Below are positions 10,888 through 19,774 of a stretch of 51,651 bases of DNA, in pieces. Source of the DNA: Candidatus Subterrananammoxibius californiae. Lineage in GTDB: Bacteria > Planctomycetota > Brocadiia > Brocadiales > Subterrananammoxibiaceae. Numbering within the stretch: position 1 is the stretch's first letter; each line of letters opens with the position of its first letter. Under the pieces are notes generated by a model. It saw only the letters and a program-made list of their open reading frames with translations, was not told the DNA's origin and did not search any database. Location of the stretch: positions 20,208 through 71,858 of the forward strand of contig JAURAC010000005.1 of NCBI GenBank assembly GCA_030586555.1, read 5' to 3'. The translations under genes and the position numbers were made by a program.

Positions 10888-11922
10888 CTAAGGTAGATAC
10901 TTTACAATCAAAGGTCCAATGGCATTTGTCAACCAGAGAGGGAGTCTTTGCCACGTCTTTATTGCCAATTTAAATTTTGGGTTATGGGGGTTCAGTTCTG
11001 GAAGTTTATCCGCCTCAGACAGATTTGGCTTCCAATAATGCCAGTAAAGCTGTAACGGTTTTGCCCCCCACTGCTCTTTAAACCTATACGTACTCCCCCT
11101 TATTGTTGACCTTCCAAAATCAAATTCTTTATAACCATTCTTGCAGGCATACTGTAAAACATTCCAGTAAAGCATCATATTAGGGCTAAAGATGTTGTAT
11201 TCTTTGAGTGAGGACGCCCATGGAATTTCCAGTTTATCCTTAAAACCCAGGGTAAATCCCGATGCAACTGGTTTGTCTTTAATCAAGACAGTGCATATCC
11301 TTGAATGCTCTGGAAACTTTTCTAAAATAATTCTGAAAAAATTTTTTGGATAAACCGGGGTGCCTAAGTCCCTCATGTTTCTGGCAAAAACAAAATAAAA
11401 ATTGTCAAGTTCTTCCAGCCCGCCAATCCTTGCAATCATTCCAGCCTTTTCAGGTCTTTTTATTTGGTTTCTCAATTTGGATTTAAAATTGCCCCAAACT
11501 TCCTCTACTGAAGACAATTTCAAAACCATGCAAACCTTTGACAGTTTAACGGGAAGTTCCAAATCGTTATTTTTGGAATGCCGAAACTCTATAAATTCAG
11601 CATTTACACCTTTGGCTATTTCTATTGCATGGTTAAGCAGGGCTTTTCTTGCACTTTCGTCGCTTGTGCATATACCACCATAATTAAAGAAAGGCACAGA
11701 GATTATAAACTTTCCAAAGAGCAAGCTTCTCATCAAAACCAGTGGCAGGATTCCAGTGATTTTGTCATGTTCTTTTGTATAAATGTAACATGTTTTATGG
11801 CCAAAAATGTTTTCAATTATTCCCTTCCAGGCTGTTAAATGATATACCGTGCCTTCCTGAGAAGTTTGGGCATAACTATCCCATTCTTCTCTCTCCTCAG
11901 TTGAAAGTACCTTAACTTGCAT
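10888..11922 (-). CDS. FemAB-like GNAT protein, PEP-CTERM system-associated
   Basis: S.PF.NYGG, RNMRDLGTP, FDFGRS, FK.QWGA, W..LP. Confidence 0.9.
   Translation of the reverse strand: MQVKVLSTEEREEWDSYAQTSQEGTVYHLTAWKGIIENIFGHKTCYIYTKEHDKITGILPLVLMRSLLFGKFIISVPFFNYGGICTSDESARKALLNHAIEIAKGVNAEFIEFRHSKNNDLELPVKLSKVCMVLKLSSVEEVWGNFKSKLRNQIKRPEKAGMIARIGGLEELDNFYFVFARNMRDLGTPVYPKNFFRIILEKFPEHSRICTVLIKDKPVASGFTLGFKDKLEIPWASSLKEYNIFSPNMMLYWNVLQYACKNGYKEFDFGRSTIRGSTYRFKEQWGAKPLQLYWHYWKPNLSEADKLPELNPHNPKFKLAIKTWQRLPLWLTNAIGPLIVKYLP
11009..11023. repeat. 15-bp palindrome copy (in FemAB-like gene, LSEAD)
   Basis: TCCGCCTCAGACAGA, 2 mismatches. Confidence 0.7.
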
Positions 11923-11979
11923 TATATTTCAGGGGTATTTTTAAGAAGATAAGGTTGGTCAGGTTAAACCAATTGGATA

Positions 11980-12786
11980 CTAATAATTGGTTTTGTATAT
12001 ATGACCGTAATAGTCAGAACTTGCAATCTCTTCCTTGTTCAAGACAAAACCTAAGACATTACAATCCTGCAATAATTCCAGTGAGCGCTTTACAGGACGC
12101 TTTTTTGTATGGTTGGCTTCTATAACAAATATCACACCGTCAGCCAGCCTGCATACTGGAACAGTTTCTGAAAATGCCAGTACAGGAGGGGTATCAATAA
12201 TGACAAAATCAAACTGGCTCTTTAAAGTCGCTACTATTTCTCCCATTTTTTTTGAGGTTAAGAGCTCACACGTATTCCTTGGCTTATCTCCAGCCGGTAA
12301 GATACTTAAACGAGGGATAAAAGTTTCCATAACTACACTGCCAACATCGGTTTCGTTGTTCAAGAGATTGGCCAATCCTTTTCTTGGCCTAAGCCCTAGA
12401 AATCTGTGAATGGCTGGCCTTCTTAAGTCCGCATCGAGCACAACAACCCGACAGTTGATGTCCTGGGTAAGAGTAATTGCCACATTTAGTGTCGTGGTAC
12501 TCTTTCCTTCGCCCTGAGAAGCGCTTACAAATGCGAACGTTTTGTAGGAGTTTGTTTCAAACACGTTACGAATTTTTAGCCTTAATCGCCGAAAACTTTC
12601 CATAACTGGTACGGTTCTTGTCCATGTCTGCCTTCCAATGCTATCGTAATATGAAACAATATGTTCATCTACCTTGTTTTCATCGAACGATTCGGCTACA
12701 TAAGGCAACACGGGCTCAACGGTTTCTCCATCAAACCTCTTATGTTCCTTGGCAGCCTTTTCTAAGGCTTTTTCAATATTTGACAT
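11980..12786 (-). CDS. Tyrosine-protein autokinase (CpsD/CapB, split Wzc kinase domain)
   Basis: GEGKST, DADLRRP, DTPP, C-terminal Tyr cluster DYYGHIY. Confidence 0.9.
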   Translation of the reverse strand: MSNIEKALEKAAKEHKRFDGETVEPVLPYVAESFDENKVDEHIVSYYDSIGRQTWTRTVPVMESFRRLRLKIRNVFETNSYKTFAFVSASQGEGKSTTTLNVAITLTQDINCRVVVLDADLRRPAIHRFLGLRPRKGLANLLNNETDVGSVVMETFIPRLSILPAGDKPRNTCELLTSKKMGEIVATLKSQFDFVIIDTPPVLAFSETVPVCRLADGVIFVIEANHTKKRPVKRSLELLQDCNVLGFVLNKEEIASSDYYGHIYKTNY

Positions 12787-13935
12787 TTATGCACCATCCT
12801 TTTTCTCTGACCCTGAACTTGATTCAGGGTTGGCTTCTGATTTTGGGTCGGGCATCACAGACTGGACTTCTTTGATAACTGAAGTCTTATGGTCCAGCTT
12901 TTGATGAGTAAGCTGCCCCCAGAACGTTAAGGTAACTCCAGCGGCTATTGAGGCAAAAAGGAGTGAAATGGCAAGCGCAACCTTCCAGCGCGGTTTGCAT
13001 ATCTTTGATATTATACTTGTAGCGGGTTTGGTCGAGGGGATCCGTCTCAGGCGGACAGCTTCTTCCGGTGAAAAGCATGCCGTAACATCTTGCGAACCTG
13101 TATGCACGGTGGCTTGCTTTTCATCATTGGTAGTTAATTCTAATATTGCCTCTTTCGCCGTTGCGCCATCAAGAACCTTTTTTTCTTTAACATATCCAGC
13201 AAGTAGGGTGGCATCGCAGGCAATGTTTATAAGCCGGGGAATACCCTTTGAATATTGATAGATTTCATCGCATGCCCTTTTTTCAAAAACCACACTCCCA
13301 TTTGCACTGGCAACCGTCAGCCGGTGATTTATATAACGTTCTATTTCTGTTCTGGTTAACGGCTCGATGTGAACTGCTAAGGATATCCTTTGCTTTAACT
13401 GCCTTAATTCGGGTCGAGAGAATATATGCCTGAGTTCGGGTTGTCCAACAAAGATAATTTGCACTAACTTCTCCTTATCGGTCTCTAAGTTTGATAAAAG
13501 GCGAATCTCCTCAAGCACTGAAGGTTCAATATCTTGTGCTTCATCTAATATAATTACTACAGGACATTCATTCTTTGCTTGACCGATTAGATATTGATAA
13601 AATTTGTCAAGCAGGCGGTCCTTCGACTCCGCAGAATCAGACGCTATTATTGAGAATTGGGAAAGTATTGTGCGAAATAACTCGTCAAACGTGAGCTTTG
13701 GATTTACAATGTAGGCTGTTTTAACCTCTTTATGGAGGTTCTTTAACAAGCTTCTTATTATGGTGGTCTTACCAGAACCAACTTCACCTGTAAGTTGGAT
13801 AAAGCCCTTTTTTGTTTCCAATCCGTAGGTTAAGTATAAAAGGGCTTTTTTGTGAACGGGGCTCAGATAGAGAAAATCTGGGTCCGGCGTCAGTTTGAAA
13901 GGGTATTCTTTAAAGCCATAAAATTGTGTATACAT
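12787..13935 (-). CDS. ExeA/GspA-like AAA ATPase, exosortase-system associated
   Basis: MY..FYG...PF.LTPDP, GEVGSGKT, DEAQ, GQPEL, GIPRLIN; start re-called at 13935. Confidence 0.9.
   Translation of the reverse strand: MYTQFYGFKEYPFKLTPDPDFLYLSPVHKKALLYLTYGLETKKGFIQLTGEVGSGKTTIIRSLLKNLHKEVKTAYIVNPKLTFDELFRTILSQFSIIASDSAESKDRLLDKFYQYLIGQAKNECPVVIILDEAQDIEPSVLEEIRLLSNLETDKEKLVQIIFVGQPELRHIFSRPELRQLKQRISLAVHIEPLTRTEIERYINHRLTVASANGSVVFEKRACDEIYQYSKGIPRLINIACDATLLAGYVKEKKVLDGATAKEAILELTTNDEKQATVHTGSQDVTACFSPEEAVRLRRIPSTKPATSIISKICKPRWKVALAISLLFASIAAGVTLTFWGQLTHQKLDHKTSVIKEVQSVMPDPKSEANPESSSGSEKKDGA
12810..12830. repeat. 21-bp palindrome in the ATPase C-terminus (NPESSSGS)
   Basis: ACCCTGAA-CTTGA-TTCAGGGT; sister copy TCCTGAACTTGATTCAGGA at about 44394-44412. 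Confidence 0.8.
13041..13055. repeat. 15-bp palindrome copy (in ExeA-like ATPase, VRLRRI)
   Basis: TCCGTCTCAGGCGGA, 1 mismatch. Confidence 0.8.
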
Positions 13936-13965
13936 ATTCTTTCCTGCATTTCTGCACCCTCTGCC

Positions 13966-14002
13966 TTCCCTCCCCCTCAAGGGCGAGAGTCAGGGTGCGG
14001 GT
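13966..14002. repeat. CCCTCCCCC..GGG.GAG.G type REP-like element
   Basis: TTCCCTCCCCCTCAAGGGCGAGAGTCAGGGTGCGGGT between the chain-length and ATPase genes. Confidence 0.55.
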
Positions 14003-14005
14003 ATC

Positions 14006-15610
14006 CTATTTTAAGTTACTCATTTTCTTTTGTATCTTTTCCAATCCGGCGTGCATAACCTCATTGACCGGTTCTACCTCGATGCACACCGTCGTCAGCG
14101 CTATTAGTAATATGGCGGCGACCCCCGCCGAAATTAATCGCCTTCTTTTTCTTCTTCTGATTTTGAGCAAATCCCCTTTGGTAATAATCGTAGGAATCAT
14201 ACCAAAGATGGGCATTTTTAAGAAATCTTTAGCGTCGTCAACGCCTTTGAACCGTTGGTCAACCTGTTCCAGACCAAAGGCTAATCCAAATGCCATTATT
14301 CCACCCAAGATAACTCCCATCAAGAATACCTTCAATTTTCGGGACTTCACAGGCGTGTAAGATATCCTTGGTGGTTCGACAATACTAAAAGGGCTTTCCT
14401 TCATGCTTAAGGACATCTCCTTTTCTAATTCAGCCCTTGAACGTTGTTGCAGCCTCTGGTTGTAGAGTTCTTTGTTAACGTTGTAATCCCTTTGAAGCTT
14501 TGCAAGTGTTTGCTTAAGAGCCGGTATAAGTGCGACTTGCTCCTGAAGCGTAGCAATTTGGGATACAACGTCTGTTTTGCGGGTGTAAAGTGTCTTTAGT
14601 TGCAATTCCACTTCAAACTTCTTTTCAAGTAAGCCTGTATAAATAGGATTGGTAACGGACGTTTCTTTGCTTATAACCTTTTCCTTTTCTTCAGTGAGTT
14701 TCTCCTGAAGCGCCTTTAGGCGTTTTTCTGCCATATTTATGGAAGGATGTCCATCGTAGTACTTTGCACGCATATCGTTAAGTTCGATTTCCGTATCAAT
14801 AATACGCTTCGTAAACTCTGCTACCGCTGGGTTGGCTTCCTTAACTACCTCTCCTGTAATTGAATCCTTTTCTCCTTCTATTTTTGTGTTTAATGTTATT
14901 AGTCGCTCATTTTCAACCAGAATCTGCCTTTCTATATCGGCAAGCTCCTTGTTGGCAACCGCCAGTTGAGCCATCTTACCACCCTCGGTTAATGGTAACT
15001 CAGCTGCGTGTTCCTCCTCGAATTCTTGCAGTTTCTTTTCAGAGTCATCAAGATTGTTTTTTAACCGCACCAAATCCCTTTCAATAAAATCTAAACTTTC
15101 GTCTGCCTCTGTGCGCGACAGCTTTAAGGTGTATTCCATAAATGAGGAAACAAGGCTGTCTAACATCTTATAGTTTATATAAGGATTTTCCCCCTCGTAT
15201 GAGACCCCGATTAAGTCCTTTCCTATTGGTAATACCGTCACGCTTTCAATCGTTGTAAAATATAAGTCTTCGAGGAATTTTGGGTCGTTCTTTGGAATGT
15301 CCTTATTCAGACCGCAGGTCTCAATTGCCTGGGTTACAGCCTCCCAACCAAGCATTTTTTCCCTGACAATGCCTAATAGGTCTATAGCTTCTATGGCTCT
15401 AATGTCTCCTACCTTGAGAAGCACCTTATCAAGTTTGCTTGACCCCCTTATTAAAAGCACGCATCTTGCCCTATACACGTTGGGCATTATGAGTACGGCA
15501 GCCGTAGAAAACACAAGGAAAGTCGAAAGTATTACAATTATAAGCGCCTTGTGCCGGAGAAAGATTCTCCTGTACTTTTGAATGTCAAATGTTTGTTCCT
15601 GTTGTTGCAT
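14006..15610 (-). CDS. Polysaccharide chain-length determinant (Wzz/GumC, split Wzc membrane part)
   Basis: Two TMs flanking a long coiled coil, Y...HP motif, G.IP near the C-terminus. Confidence 0.88.
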   Translation of the reverse strand: MQQQEQTFDIQKYRRIFLRHKALIIVILSTFLVFSTAAVLIMPNVYRARCVLLIRGSSKLDKVLLKVGDIRAIEAIDLLGIVREKMLGWEAVTQAIETCGLNKDIPKNDPKFLEDLYFTTIESVTVLPIGKDLIGVSYEGENPYINYKMLDSLVSSFMEYTLKLSRTEADESLDFIERDLVRLKNNLDDSEKKLQEFEEEHAAELPLTEGGKMAQLAVANKELADIERQILVENERLITLNTKIEGEKDSITGEVVKEANPAVAEFTKRIIDTEIELNDMRAKYYDGHPSINMAEKRLKALQEKLTEEKEKVISKETSVTNPIYTGLLEKKFEVELQLKTLYTRKTDVVSQIATLQEQVALIPALKQTLAKLQRDYNVNKELYNQRLQQRSRAELEKEMSLSMKESPFSIVEPPRISYTPVKSRKLKVFLMGVILGGIMAFGLAFGLEQVDQRFKGVDDAKDFLKMPIFGMIPTIITKGDLLKIRRRKRRRLISAGVAAILLIALTTVCIEVEPVNEVMHAGLEKIQKKMSNLK

Positions 15611-15691
15611 TACTATATGCTCCGTTTAAGATAAAAAGATAAAAAAGTTAAGAGGTTAAGATGTTTATTTGCCTTTTTGCCTCTTTTCTTT

Positions 15692-16507
15692 TTAGCGAGT
15701 AGGCACACCATAATACCCCCCGTATCCCCCGTATCCTCCGTATCCCCCATAACCAACAAGAGCGGCTGGCCCTGCAAATGCTGCAGTTCCAGCTACCCTG
15801 CCAATGCCGAGCAAGGAACTGATTGGGAGGAAGAAGAGTTGCGTTGCGTAACCTATCCTTCCAAACACGTTAGCCGGGATGTAAACAATATCATTTTCTC
15901 GAAGTGGAATATTCTTTTCATTCCTTCCCTTAACCACTATATCAACCAGGTTTACCTTTAACATCGTTGGCAGTTTTTCAGGAACTGGTTCTCCACGTAC
16001 TATCATTATCCTCCTCGGTGCAGAGGTTATCCCCAAGAGCCCAGATGACGATATAGCATCCACTACAGTTGTATCCCCGGTAAATGGTATCTGCCTTTCA
16101 CCAAGCCCATAGCTAAATACGTATACCCTTTTACTAAAAAAACCCACAACCTCAACCCCTACAGCTTCCCTGGGCAAATCCCTTAAATATTGCTGAAATA
16201 ATTTGTGTAACTTATCGCCAGCCTCTCTCGGCGTCAGAGCCTCTAAATATACGTCGCCTATTAAATTAACTGTCATATTTCCATCGGGACGAATGCGTCC
16301 TCGTGAGGTTAGGTCGGGATTATCCCTGACAGTGACAGCTATCTCATCAGCCGCACCCATCCTGTATGTCCCATTTATAACCTCTAATCTGTTCTCTTTG
16401 TCTTTGTATGTTAGCATCCTTGTTTTAATTTCACTGTAAGGAGTACAGCCTCCAGCTAAATAGGTAATAACAACCAACGAGCACATTAGCTTTTTCCTTT
16501 TTGTCAT
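15692..16507 (-). CDS. Polysaccharide export lipoprotein (Wza/SLBB)
   Basis: Lipobox LAGGC, RPDG.....LIG, L..NDIVYIP. Confidence 0.88.
   Translation of the reverse strand: MTKRKKLMCSLVVITYLAGGCTPYSEIKTRMLTYKDKENRLEVINGTYRMGAADEIAVTVRDNPDLTSRGRIRPDGNMTVNLIGDVYLEALTPREAGDKLHKLFQQYLRDLPREAVGVEVVGFFSKRVYVFSYGLGERQIPFTGDTTVVDAISSSGLLGITSAPRRIMIVRGEPVPEKLPTMLKVNLVDIVVKGRNEKNIPLRENDIVYIPANVFGRIGYATQLFFLPISSLLGIGRVAGTAAFAGPAALVGYGGYGGYGGYGGYYGVPTR
15713..15754 (-). repeat. 9-bp tandem repeat encoding (GYG)n at the Wza C-terminus
   Basis: Plus-strand CCGTATCC(C/T) units; peptide GYGGYGGYGGYGGY. Confidence 0.85.
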
Positions 16508-16542
16508 AATTGGCTCCTTTAAAATTAGTTGTGCCCCACAAC

Positions 16543-16563
16543 CTACCCGCCTTGGGCAGGTAG
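16543..16563. repeat. Variant palindrome ending the MerR-like gene (LPAQGG*)
   Basis: CTACCCGCC-TTG-GGCAGGTAG. Confidence 0.6.
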
Positions 16564-16785
16564 AGTTTTAGATTGTGGGGTATTAGTCCTTTCCTGGGGG
16601 TCATTTATTGATTCATGAAACTTGATTAACTCCTTAACAGCATCCTTCTCATAAATCCGCCAGCCGCGCCAGTCTCGTTTAGCCCTACTTACCTTTCCTG
16701 TAAGCTCCCATCTTACAATGGTTTTCGGGCAGACACCAACTATTTCAGCAACTTCAGTAATTGTCATCCTTCCGTTTATTGCCAT
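16543..16785 (-). CDS. Small MerR-type HTH DNA-binding protein
   Basis: TITEVAEIVGV...TIVRWE..G....KRDWRGWRIY; GGAGG SD. Confidence 0.8.
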   Translation of the reverse strand: MAINGRMTITEVAEIVGVCPKTIVRWELTGKVSRAKRDWRGWRIYEKDAVKELIKFHESINDPQERTNTPQSKTLPAQGG

Positions 16786-16860
16786 ATTTTCCTCCGTTAT
16801 ATATTGTCAGGGTTTGACTGGAATGTTATAGGACAATCCCTCACACACGTAGTAAATAGC

Positions 16861-16875
16861 GCACTTTCTGTGCCA
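16861..16875 (-). promoter_or_regulatory. Putative sigma54 -24/-12 promoter of the EPS operon
   Basis: Minus strand TGGCAC-AGAAA-GTGC; exosortase EPS loci are commonly sigma54-driven. Confidence 0.6.
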
Positions 16876-17185
16876 ATTAAGCGTATATATTTTAGAAATG
16901 AAGAATATATCATGTAAGTATCGGTATTGTAAAGATTTGAGAAAAGACAATGGGGAATTGTGGATGCCGGTTCTAAAGGTCTGAGATTTGCAAAAATTCT
17001 GCTATAGTTGACAATATAAGAGAATTTTAGATAAAAATCTAATTTAAGAATCGGTAATACAATACTTTATGTTAATGTTGACTTTTTTCAACAAATATTA
17101 TGTAATTGTTTAATAATATTCACCTGTCCACCCTTACCTTTTTAAAAAAGGGGAGGCAAAAACTGACATAAAGTATCATTCTGAT

Positions 17186-17200
17186 TCCGCCTCAAGCAGA
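17186..17200. repeat. 15-bp palindrome copy nested in a TCATTCTGA...GAAGAATCT REP
   Basis: TCCGCCTCAAGCAGA. Confidence 0.65.
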
Positions 17201-17315
17201 TGAAGAATCTCTAAATAAGACCCTTCGTTCCTCTCAGAGCAAGTTTTTTTGCTTACTTTTTTTCAAGAAAGTAAGCATTCGACTTCACTCAAGACAAGTA
17301 TGAACAGCAAACCCA

Positions 17316-17344
17316 TTGACTTGTCTCTTTATATATGGTATACA
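17316..17344 (+). promoter_or_regulatory. Putative sigma70 promoter
   Basis: TTGACT-17nt-TATACA with an extended TG. Confidence 0.5.
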
Positions 17345-17430
17345 TAAAATGTTTGCTTTTAACGTCTCTCTAAGGATTGATAAAACTTTTTAGCTTACTT
17401 CTTTCAAAAAGGCAAGCGGGGTGGGTTCAA

Positions 17431-18369
17431 ATGAACGTATTTCTCAGACGGGAACGGGAACGACAGATTGTTGATATAACAAAGTGGTTCTTAACGGTAG
17501 TGATTTTATATCGTGAGATATATGGAAAATATAAGGACGGCACGTTAAAGTTTGAAGATGTACAAAAGTTGGTAGATGACAAGGGACAATCTATCCTTTA
17601 TAACTTGAAAGAAGCATGCCATAGCATTTTCAGGCAGAATGCCATGTCAGCAAACAGCAACCTTGATAAAGGGAAATTATTTGACCTTGCAATTAGTTCT
17701 TTCTTCCACGAGGTGATGAAGGTGCGGGAGGATTGTTATCAGCTTGAATTTTATAGTCCATGCCACATGGAATTAGAAAAGAACCATGCCAAAACAGATT
17801 ATGAAAAGGATTTCTTTAACCGCATTAAGAAACTAACAGTTAGGGTTGAAGAGCGACTTCCCAAGGAATTTGAGGAAATTGATGCTCTCCTCGGTGACAT
17901 TCTTAACCAGTTTAAGGCTCTTCTGCCGGAGCATTATAATAACGGCTTGCTTGTAAGATTTATGATTGAGAACAAACACCTTGTCAATCAAGTTTTTGGG
18001 CTGAAGGGTTTGAAGGAATTCTTCCAGCTTATGTACAGGGGAGGTTCTGTCGAGGCATATTCTATAGCCGCTAAGAGTTATTTTGAAAGCGGCTTTTATG
18101 ATAAGGCTGCCACTACTATTGAAAAGATTCAGCGGTTAAAAAAAGATGATAAAGAGATAGAGTTTTTGTACTATTTTTATACCGGGGTAAGGGACTACTA
18201 CTATGCAGAAAACTATCGGCGGTCCCTGGAATACCTTATCACCGCAGCAAGTCTTGGAAAGACCATCAATTTTAAGGAAGAAGACCTGCAAAGAATTAGA
18301 GATATTTGCGATAAGGTCAGACTTGCCATGAGCAAAACAGAAGGGCAAGAGACGGTTGCGTCAAAATAA
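17431..18369 (+). CDS. Hypothetical protein with helical/TPR-like C-terminus
   Basis: Long ORF, LKEACH and FHEVMKVRE segments; ATG at 17431 preferred over TTG at 17377. Confidence 0.6.
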   Translation: MNVFLRRERERQIVDITKWFLTVVILYREIYGKYKDGTLKFEDVQKLVDDKGQSILYNLKEACHSIFRQNAMSANSNLDKGKLFDLAISSFFHEVMKVREDCYQLEFYSPCHMELEKNHAKTDYEKDFFNRIKKLTVRVEERLPKEFEEIDALLGDILNQFKALLPEHYNNGLLVRFMIENKHLVNQVFGLKGLKEFFQLMYRGGSVEAYSIAAKSYFESGFYDKAATTIEKIQRLKKDDKEIEFLYYFYTGVRDYYYAENYRRSLEYLITAASLGKTINFKEEDLQRIRDICDKVRLAMSKTEGQETVASK

Positions 18370-18569
18370 ACTTACTTTTTTCAAGAAGGTGCGGGGTATA
18401 CTTCTTTTTAAAGAAGTGTGGACTGCAAACTTCTCCCTACGTCTGCATCAAAATTACTGCACTTTTACTATCCCCCTATCGCCATGATTTTATATTAGTA
18501 TTTTTTACAAGGATAGAGTAAAAAGCAACTTAGCCAATATATTATTTTCCTTAAGATAAACCCATTTTT

Positions 18570-18584
18570 TGGCACAAGAATTGA
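18570..18584 (+). promoter_or_regulatory. Putative sigma54-like promoter upstream of pssA
   Basis: TGGCAC-AAGAA-TTGA. Confidence 0.4.
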
Positions 18585-18644
18585 ATATATGATTCAATAG
18601 AGCAGTTTGTTAATTCTAAATGTTACAAATGGAGGATATTAGGG

Positions 18645-19412
18645 TTGAAGGTGAGAGATTTTTTACCTGCACTAATTAGCTTCGGGAACATGGGGTGTGG
18701 GTTTGCCTCAATGATATGTGTATTCGGACAAAGGTTCGAATATGCCGGGTGGCTAATAATATTGGCTACAGTGCTCGACGCCTTTGATGGCAAGGTGGCA
18801 CGCATTTCTAACTCTACAAGCAAATTTGGGAGCCAGTTAGATTCACTCGCAGACCTCGTCACCTTTGGTATTGCCCCAGCAATTATGGTAGGTAGGATTT
18901 GTACTGAGATTTCACCTATAATTGTTTGGGGTGTCAGTTTTTTCTTTGTAATATGTGCAGCCGTCAGGCTCGCAAGATTTAGTTGTGAGTCGCAGACATG
19001 TACCGCTCTTTTTGGTACAGAGAGCGCTTCTCAGCCTGATGGAGCGCACCATCAGACCTTTACAGGGCTACCAACCACATCTGCAGGTGGTGCTATTGCA
19101 TCGCTTTTAATACTTAATGCTTATCTTCATACGCGCTTCGAAACAGATGTGGTTCTAATATTTCTTCCTGCTTCAGCCTTTGTTCTGGCTATTTTAATGA
19201 TATGCAAGGTGCGATACACCCATGCAAAGGTATTTTTCACGGCAAAACAACATGGTACCATACCATTCCTTTTGGAGGTAGTAAGCGCAACCATCTTTTT
19301 TGTGCTTTGCCCACAGATTACTGTTTCTGCAGCCTTTTGCTTTTACACCATTTCTGGACTACTTGGTTTACTAAAAGGAAAGGTCTTTACCCGTCAGCCA
19401 AACCCTACGTAG
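18645..19412 (+). CDS. pssA: CDP-diacylglycerol--serine O-phosphatidyltransferase
   Basis: DAFDGKVAR...SKFGSQLDSLADLVTFG CDP-alcohol phosphotransferase motif, RLARF, F.GLP; GGAGG SD. Confidence 0.88.
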   Translation: MKVRDFLPALISFGNMGCGFASMICVFGQRFEYAGWLIILATVLDAFDGKVARISNSTSKFGSQLDSLADLVTFGIAPAIMVGRICTEISPIIVWGVSFFFVICAAVRLARFSCESQTCTALFGTESASQPDGAHHQTFTGLPTTSAGGAIASLLILNAYLHTRFETDVVLIFLPASAFVLAILMICKVRYTHAKVFFTAKQHGTIPFLLEVVSATIFFVLCPQITVSAAFCFYTISGLLGLLKGKVFTRQPNPT

Positions 19413-19413
19413 A

Positions 19414-19685
19414 TAGTGGTTTGTCAGAATACAGCTCCAGAAAGTATGCCTTCCGAGAGAAATTTGAACTTGGCAGCCAGTTCTGTACGTTCAAGCTCCT
19501 TCTCCTTCTCGCACATCCACTCATAACTCAGCGCCTTGTGCTTTGAGGCATTCGCCTTATCTTTGTACCATCCAGCGCAACATGCCCAAGCTTAACCAAA
19601 CCTGCCTCTCGACACAACAAACGTACCTGTACAAACAATTCCGACCTGTCAATTCGGTAGAAGAGATTTTCCCGACAGACTCATA
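19414..19685 (-). mobile_element. Internally deleted IS1182-family remnant
   Basis: Minus strand 19641-19487 translates ELFVQVRLLCREAGLVKLGHVALDGTKI/(frameshift)KANASKHKALSY, the IS1182 transposase signature; imperfect terminal IRs (11/18 match). Confidence 0.8.
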
Positions 19686-19774
19686 GCGCCGTTCCAACTA
19701 AATCCCGTACCAACAAAATTTGTGGGGGATAAATATAGCAAATAATACAATAAGTAGCAAAAACTGGAATGGCA

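Noticed and set aside
13935..13980. ORF-track N-terminal extension MRGREGRG... of the ATPase
   Set aside because: It derives from an intergenic REP-like element; the family-typical start is MY..FYG at 13935.
19202..19546. 114-aa ORF overlapping the pssA end
   Set aside because: Alternative frame of pssA running into the antisense strand of the IS1182 remnant.
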